The position numbers and the translations under genes are program-made. The notes beneath the pieces are model-generated. The model saw only the letters and a list, made by a program, of their open reading frames with translations, made no database searches and was not told where the DNA came from. A stretch of DNA of 64,000 nucleotides from Alphaproteobacteria bacterium (GTDB lineage Bacteria; Pseudomonadota; Alphaproteobacteria; Bin95). Positions within the stretch are counted from its first letter, which is position 1. Each line of letters begins with the position of its first letter. Where the stretch lies: the NCBI GenBank assembly GCA_965205265.1, contig CBDBGH010000003.1, positions 1,376,001 to 1,440,000 on the forward strand. Reading direction: 5' to 3'. This document shows positions 60,836 through 64,000 of the stretch, piece after piece.

Positions 60836-61734
60836 GGCTGTTCGAATCGCTTCGGGCGGTCTTCTACGCACCCTTCTACCTCGCGCTCGAACTGGACGCC
60901 TACGGCAAGCGGGGGCTGGAGGTGGAATTCGGCCGGCCGGACAGTCCTGACGACGCGGCTTCGAGCCTGTTCGGCAGCGGCGCCGATGTCGTCTGGGGCG
61001 GCCCGATGCGCATGATGCAATACCAGGCCGCCCACGGCGACGGGACGGTCGTGGCGTTTGCCGAGGCCGTGATGCGCGACCCGTTTTATGTCGTCGGGCG
61101 GGAGCCCCGGCCGGACTTCCGCTTCGCCGACCTCATGGAAGCGCGCTTCGCCCGGGTTTCGGAAGTGCCGACGCCCTGGCTCTGCCTGCAGGACGATATC
61201 CGCCGCGCCGGCTTCGACCCGGACGCGCTGGAGCGCGCGCCCGACCGCGGCATGGCCGAGAATGCGGACGCGCTGCGCGAGGGCAGGGTGGATGCGATGC
61301 AGGTCTTCGAGCCGTTCGTCGAGGAACTGCTGCATGAGGGCGCGGGCCATATCTGGTACGCCGCCGCCCGGCGCGGCCCGACCTCCTACACGACGCTCTA
61401 CACCTCGCGGCGTTTCGCCGAGGCCAATGACGATGCGCTCGCCGCCATGGCCGGCGGGGTGATGGAGGCGCTCGACTGGCTGCACGGGCACGGTGCCGAG
61501 GCGCTGGCGGACCGGGTGCAAGGCTATTTCCCCGCGCTCGACCCGGCCCGCCTCGCCGGCGCGCTCGCCCGCTACAAGGCGAGCGGCGTCTGGGGCCGGG
61601 ACCCGGTTCTGCCGCTGGAAGGCTTCGTGCGGCTCAAGGGCGCGCTCATCTCCGGCGGCTTCATCGCCCGCGACATCCCCTTCGAAGCCTGCGTGGACAA
61701 CCGCTACGCCGAGCGCGCGCGGGTGGGCCGCTGA
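60829..61734 (+). CDS. ABC substrate-binding protein, NMT1/THI5-like
   Basis: MVRLFESLRAVFYAPFY...WGGPMR...SEVPTPWLCL...FEPF; no signal peptide visible. Confidence 0.8.
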   Translation: MVRLFESLRAVFYAPFYLALELDAYGKRGLEVEFGRPDSPDDAASSLFGSGADVVWGGPMRMMQYQAAHGDGTVVAFAEAVMRDPFYVVGREPRPDFRFADLMEARFARVSEVPTPWLCLQDDIRRAGFDPDALERAPDRGMAENADALREGRVDAMQVFEPFVEELLHEGAGHIWYAAARRGPTSYTTLYTSRRFAEANDDALAAMAGGVMEALDWLHGHGAEALADRVQGYFPALDPARLAGALARYKASGVWGRDPVLPLEGFVRLKGALISGGFIARDIPFEACVDNRYAERARVGR

Positions 61735-61803
61735 GGGTAGAGCAACGCCCCGGTCTTCGCCCGGCTTTCTGCCCTTCTTCTCGTCATACCCGAACGCCCC
61801 CTC

Positions 61804-61891
61804 CGTCATGCCCGGACTTGTTCCGGGCATCCATGCGGCCGCCCGGCGGAAGCGCTTGAGGGAGATGCCCGGAACAAGTCCGGGCATGACG
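61804..61891. repeat. CGTC-type REP doublet (REPIN-like)
   Basis: Same 28-bp arms as 32313; spacer and tail resemble 49245-49352; partial units at ~61782 and 61898-61916. Confidence 0.93.
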
Positions 61892-61992
61892 ATATGAGGG
61901 CATGACGGCATGACGGAGGGGGCTGTGCGATGCTCAGCCAACGCAAGCAGATGTGTGAATCCGGCAGGCTCGGGGGCCGGCGCGACAAAACT

Positions 61993-62151
61993 CTACGCCT
62001 GCGGAAATTCCTCCAGATAGAGCTCCGTCGCTTCCCTGAGGTTGGCGAGAGCCTCGTCGAGAGTCTCGCCTTGGGTCGTCGTGCCGGTTTCCGGGTTCAT
62101 GGCGGTAAAGCCGCCTTCCCGGTCGGGCAGCAACACTGCGGTCAATTGCAT
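61993..62151 (-). CDS. HicB-like antitoxin, short orphan copy
   Basis: MQLTAVLLPDREGGFTAMNPETGTTTQGETLDEALANLREATELYLEE; no hicA adjacent. Confidence 0.75.
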   Translation of the reverse strand: MQLTAVLLPDREGGFTAMNPETGTTTQGETLDEALANLREATELYLEEFPQA

Positions 62152-62162
62152 CTCTTTCCCCT

Positions 62163-63794
62163 TCACGCGGTAGGCAGGGTGTAGTCCTTGAAGTCGTCGC
62201 GCAGCTTGGTCTTCAGCAGCTTGCCGGTGGCTGTGTGCGGAAGTTCGTCCACGAACACCACGTCGTCCGGCTTCCACCATCGCGCGATCTTGCCGTCATA
62301 CCAGTCGAGCAGGTCGGACTTTTCCAGCTTCGCGCCTTCTTCCCTGACGGCGATGAGCAGGGGCCGTTCGTCCCAGTGCGGATGGGCGACCGCGATGACG
62401 GCCGCCTCCACCACCTCGGGATGGTCCACGGCGATGTTCTCCAGGTCGATGGAGCTGATCCACTCGCCGCCCGACTTGATGACATCCTTGGTCCGGTCGG
62501 TGATGCGCATATAGCCGTCGCCGTCCAGCGTTGCGACATCGCCGGTGGAGAACCAGCCGTCGGCGGTGTGGGCATCCGAATCGTCCTGCCTGTGATAGGC
62601 GCTCGCGATCCAGTATCCCCTCACCTGCAGGTCTCCGAAGGCGACGCCGTCGCGCGGCAGCTCCCCGCCGCTGTCGTCCACGATGCGCATGTCCACGCCG
62701 AAGATCGGCCGGCCCTGCTTCTCGGAGAGATCGAGCCACGCCTCCTCGTCCATGCCGTCATGCTTGGCGAGCGGCGTGTTGACCGTGCCGAGCGGCGACA
62801 TCTCGGTCATGCCCCAGGCATGGCGGACGATGGCGCCGTAGTCGCGCTTGAAGATCTCAATCATCGAGCGGGGGACGGCCGAGCCGCCGATCACGACATC
62901 GGCAAGCGGGCGCACGTCCTTGCCCGAACGCTTGAGATAATCGAGCAGCATCAGCCAGATGGTCGGCACGGCCGCCGTCATCGTCACGCCTTCGCCGGTA
63001 ATCAGCGCCTGGAGGTTTTCGCCGTCGAGATGCGGGCCCGGCAATACCAGCTTGGCGCCGGCCATGGTTGCGGCGTAGGGAATGCCCCAGGCGTTGGCGT
63101 GGAACATCGGGACCACCGGCATAACCGTGGCGCGCGCCGAAAGATTCATGCAGTCCGGCGCGACGGAGGCATAGCTGTGCAGGATGTTGCCGCGATGGCT
63201 GTAAAGGACCCCCTTCGGGTTGCCGGTCGTGCCGGAGGTGTAGCAGAGCGAGGAAGCCGTCCGCTCGTCGAAGCTCGGCCAGGAGAACACCGGGTCCTGC
63301 GCAGCCACCAGCGTATCGTAGGAGAGGAGGTTGAAATGCTCGCTCTCGGGCAGGCTCGCCTCGTCGCAAAGCACGACGACCGTCCGCACGGTATCGGCGA
63401 TTTCGGCTCCGAAGCTGTCCAGCAGCGGGACGAATCCGGGCTCAACGAAGAGAACGCGGTCGCCGGCATGGTTGACGATATAGGCAAGCTGCTCGACATA
63501 GAGGCGCGGATTTATGGTGTGGCATATCGCGCCGATCCCCGACACCGCATAGTAGATCTCGAAATGCCGCCTCGTGTTCCATGCCAGCGTGCCGACCGTG
63601 TCGCCGAAGCCGATGCCGAGTTCTGCGAGCGCATTGGCGAGCCGCTTGGCCTCGGCCTGGGCGTCGGCATAGCTGTAGCGGTGCAGGCCCCCCTCGACAT
63701 TGTGGGTCACGATCTCCGTCCCGCCGTGATATTCGGCGGCGAAATCGATCAGGGACGAGATCAGCATCGGCCGGTCCATGATCAATCCGAGCAT
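62163..63794 (-). CDS. Acyl-CoA ligase (AlkK/DmdB-like)
   Basis: YTSGTTGNPKG, PMFHANAWG, WGMTE, TGD, DRTKDVIKSGGEWI, ATGK. Confidence 0.93.
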   Translation of the reverse strand: MLGLIMDRPMLISSLIDFAAEYHGGTEIVTHNVEGGLHRYSYADAQAEAKRLANALAELGIGFGDTVGTLAWNTRRHFEIYYAVSGIGAICHTINPRLYVEQLAYIVNHAGDRVLFVEPGFVPLLDSFGAEIADTVRTVVVLCDEASLPESEHFNLLSYDTLVAAQDPVFSWPSFDERTASSLCYTSGTTGNPKGVLYSHRGNILHSYASVAPDCMNLSARATVMPVVPMFHANAWGIPYAATMAGAKLVLPGPHLDGENLQALITGEGVTMTAAVPTIWLMLLDYLKRSGKDVRPLADVVIGGSAVPRSMIEIFKRDYGAIVRHAWGMTEMSPLGTVNTPLAKHDGMDEEAWLDLSEKQGRPIFGVDMRIVDDSGGELPRDGVAFGDLQVRGYWIASAYHRQDDSDAHTADGWFSTGDVATLDGDGYMRITDRTKDVIKSGGEWISSIDLENIAVDHPEVVEAAVIAVAHPHWDERPLLIAVREEGAKLEKSDLLDWYDGKIARWWKPDDVVFVDELPHTATGKLLKTKLRDDFKDYTLPTA

Positions 63795-63867
63795 CGGTGT
63801 TATTCCTTCCGAAGACTTGCGCCGCCCGTATTTATAGCGGCAGCCGGCGGCGAACGGGAGCGATGCG

Positions 63868-64000
63868 ATGCCCCTGCTTGAGGTGGAGAACCTGCGGGTC
63901 GAATTCCCGACCAGGCGCGGCGTGCTGGTTGCGGTGGACGGCATTTCCTTTGCGATAGAGGAGGGCGAGGTGCTGGGTGTGGTCGGCGAGTCGGGCGCGG
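63868..64000 (+). CDS. Peptide ABC transporter ATP-binding protein, 5' part (truncated by window)
   Basis: [44 protein letters not shown]. Confidence 0.9.
   Translation, partial: MPLLEVENLRVEFPTRRGVLVAVDGISFAIEEGEVLGVVGESGA

Overview
High-GC alphaproteobacterial chromosome segment (Rhodospirillales-like by gene order and protein style; taxon is inferred). Core genes: uvrA (partial), ssb-gyrA-coaD, ppx-rlmE-guaB, aroQ-accB-accC-aat, ispH-thrB-rnhA, polA, and tRNA-Lys, -Gln and -Arg. These are interleaved with catabolic and transport genes: TRAP and ABC components, LLM monooxygenases, SDRs, a Rieske dioxygenase, a fused IOR, an aromatic amino acid decarboxylase and a multicopper oxidase. No CRISPR array, rRNA, integrase or transposase was seen. 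Most notable signals: (1) a hidden 548-aa selenoprotein (in-frame UGA in a D-U-G-S-C motif with a SECIS-like hairpin), split by the ORF track, heading an operon with a Rieske dioxygenase that has no reductase in the window; (2) two diverged copies of a ~750-bp element with its own promoter, a conserved GC block, a variable REP-containing middle and CATGAC arrays at 10-bp spacing, where one copy's arrays may bracket 2 kb of genes; (3) a MITE with TIRs and a target duplication inserted into a REP loop; (4) an MntR-oligopeptidase B fusion; (5) a TauD-like gene with an in-frame amber codon; (6) a collapsed glycine-riboswitch-like motif before the TRAP operon. All alignments and pairings were done by eye.
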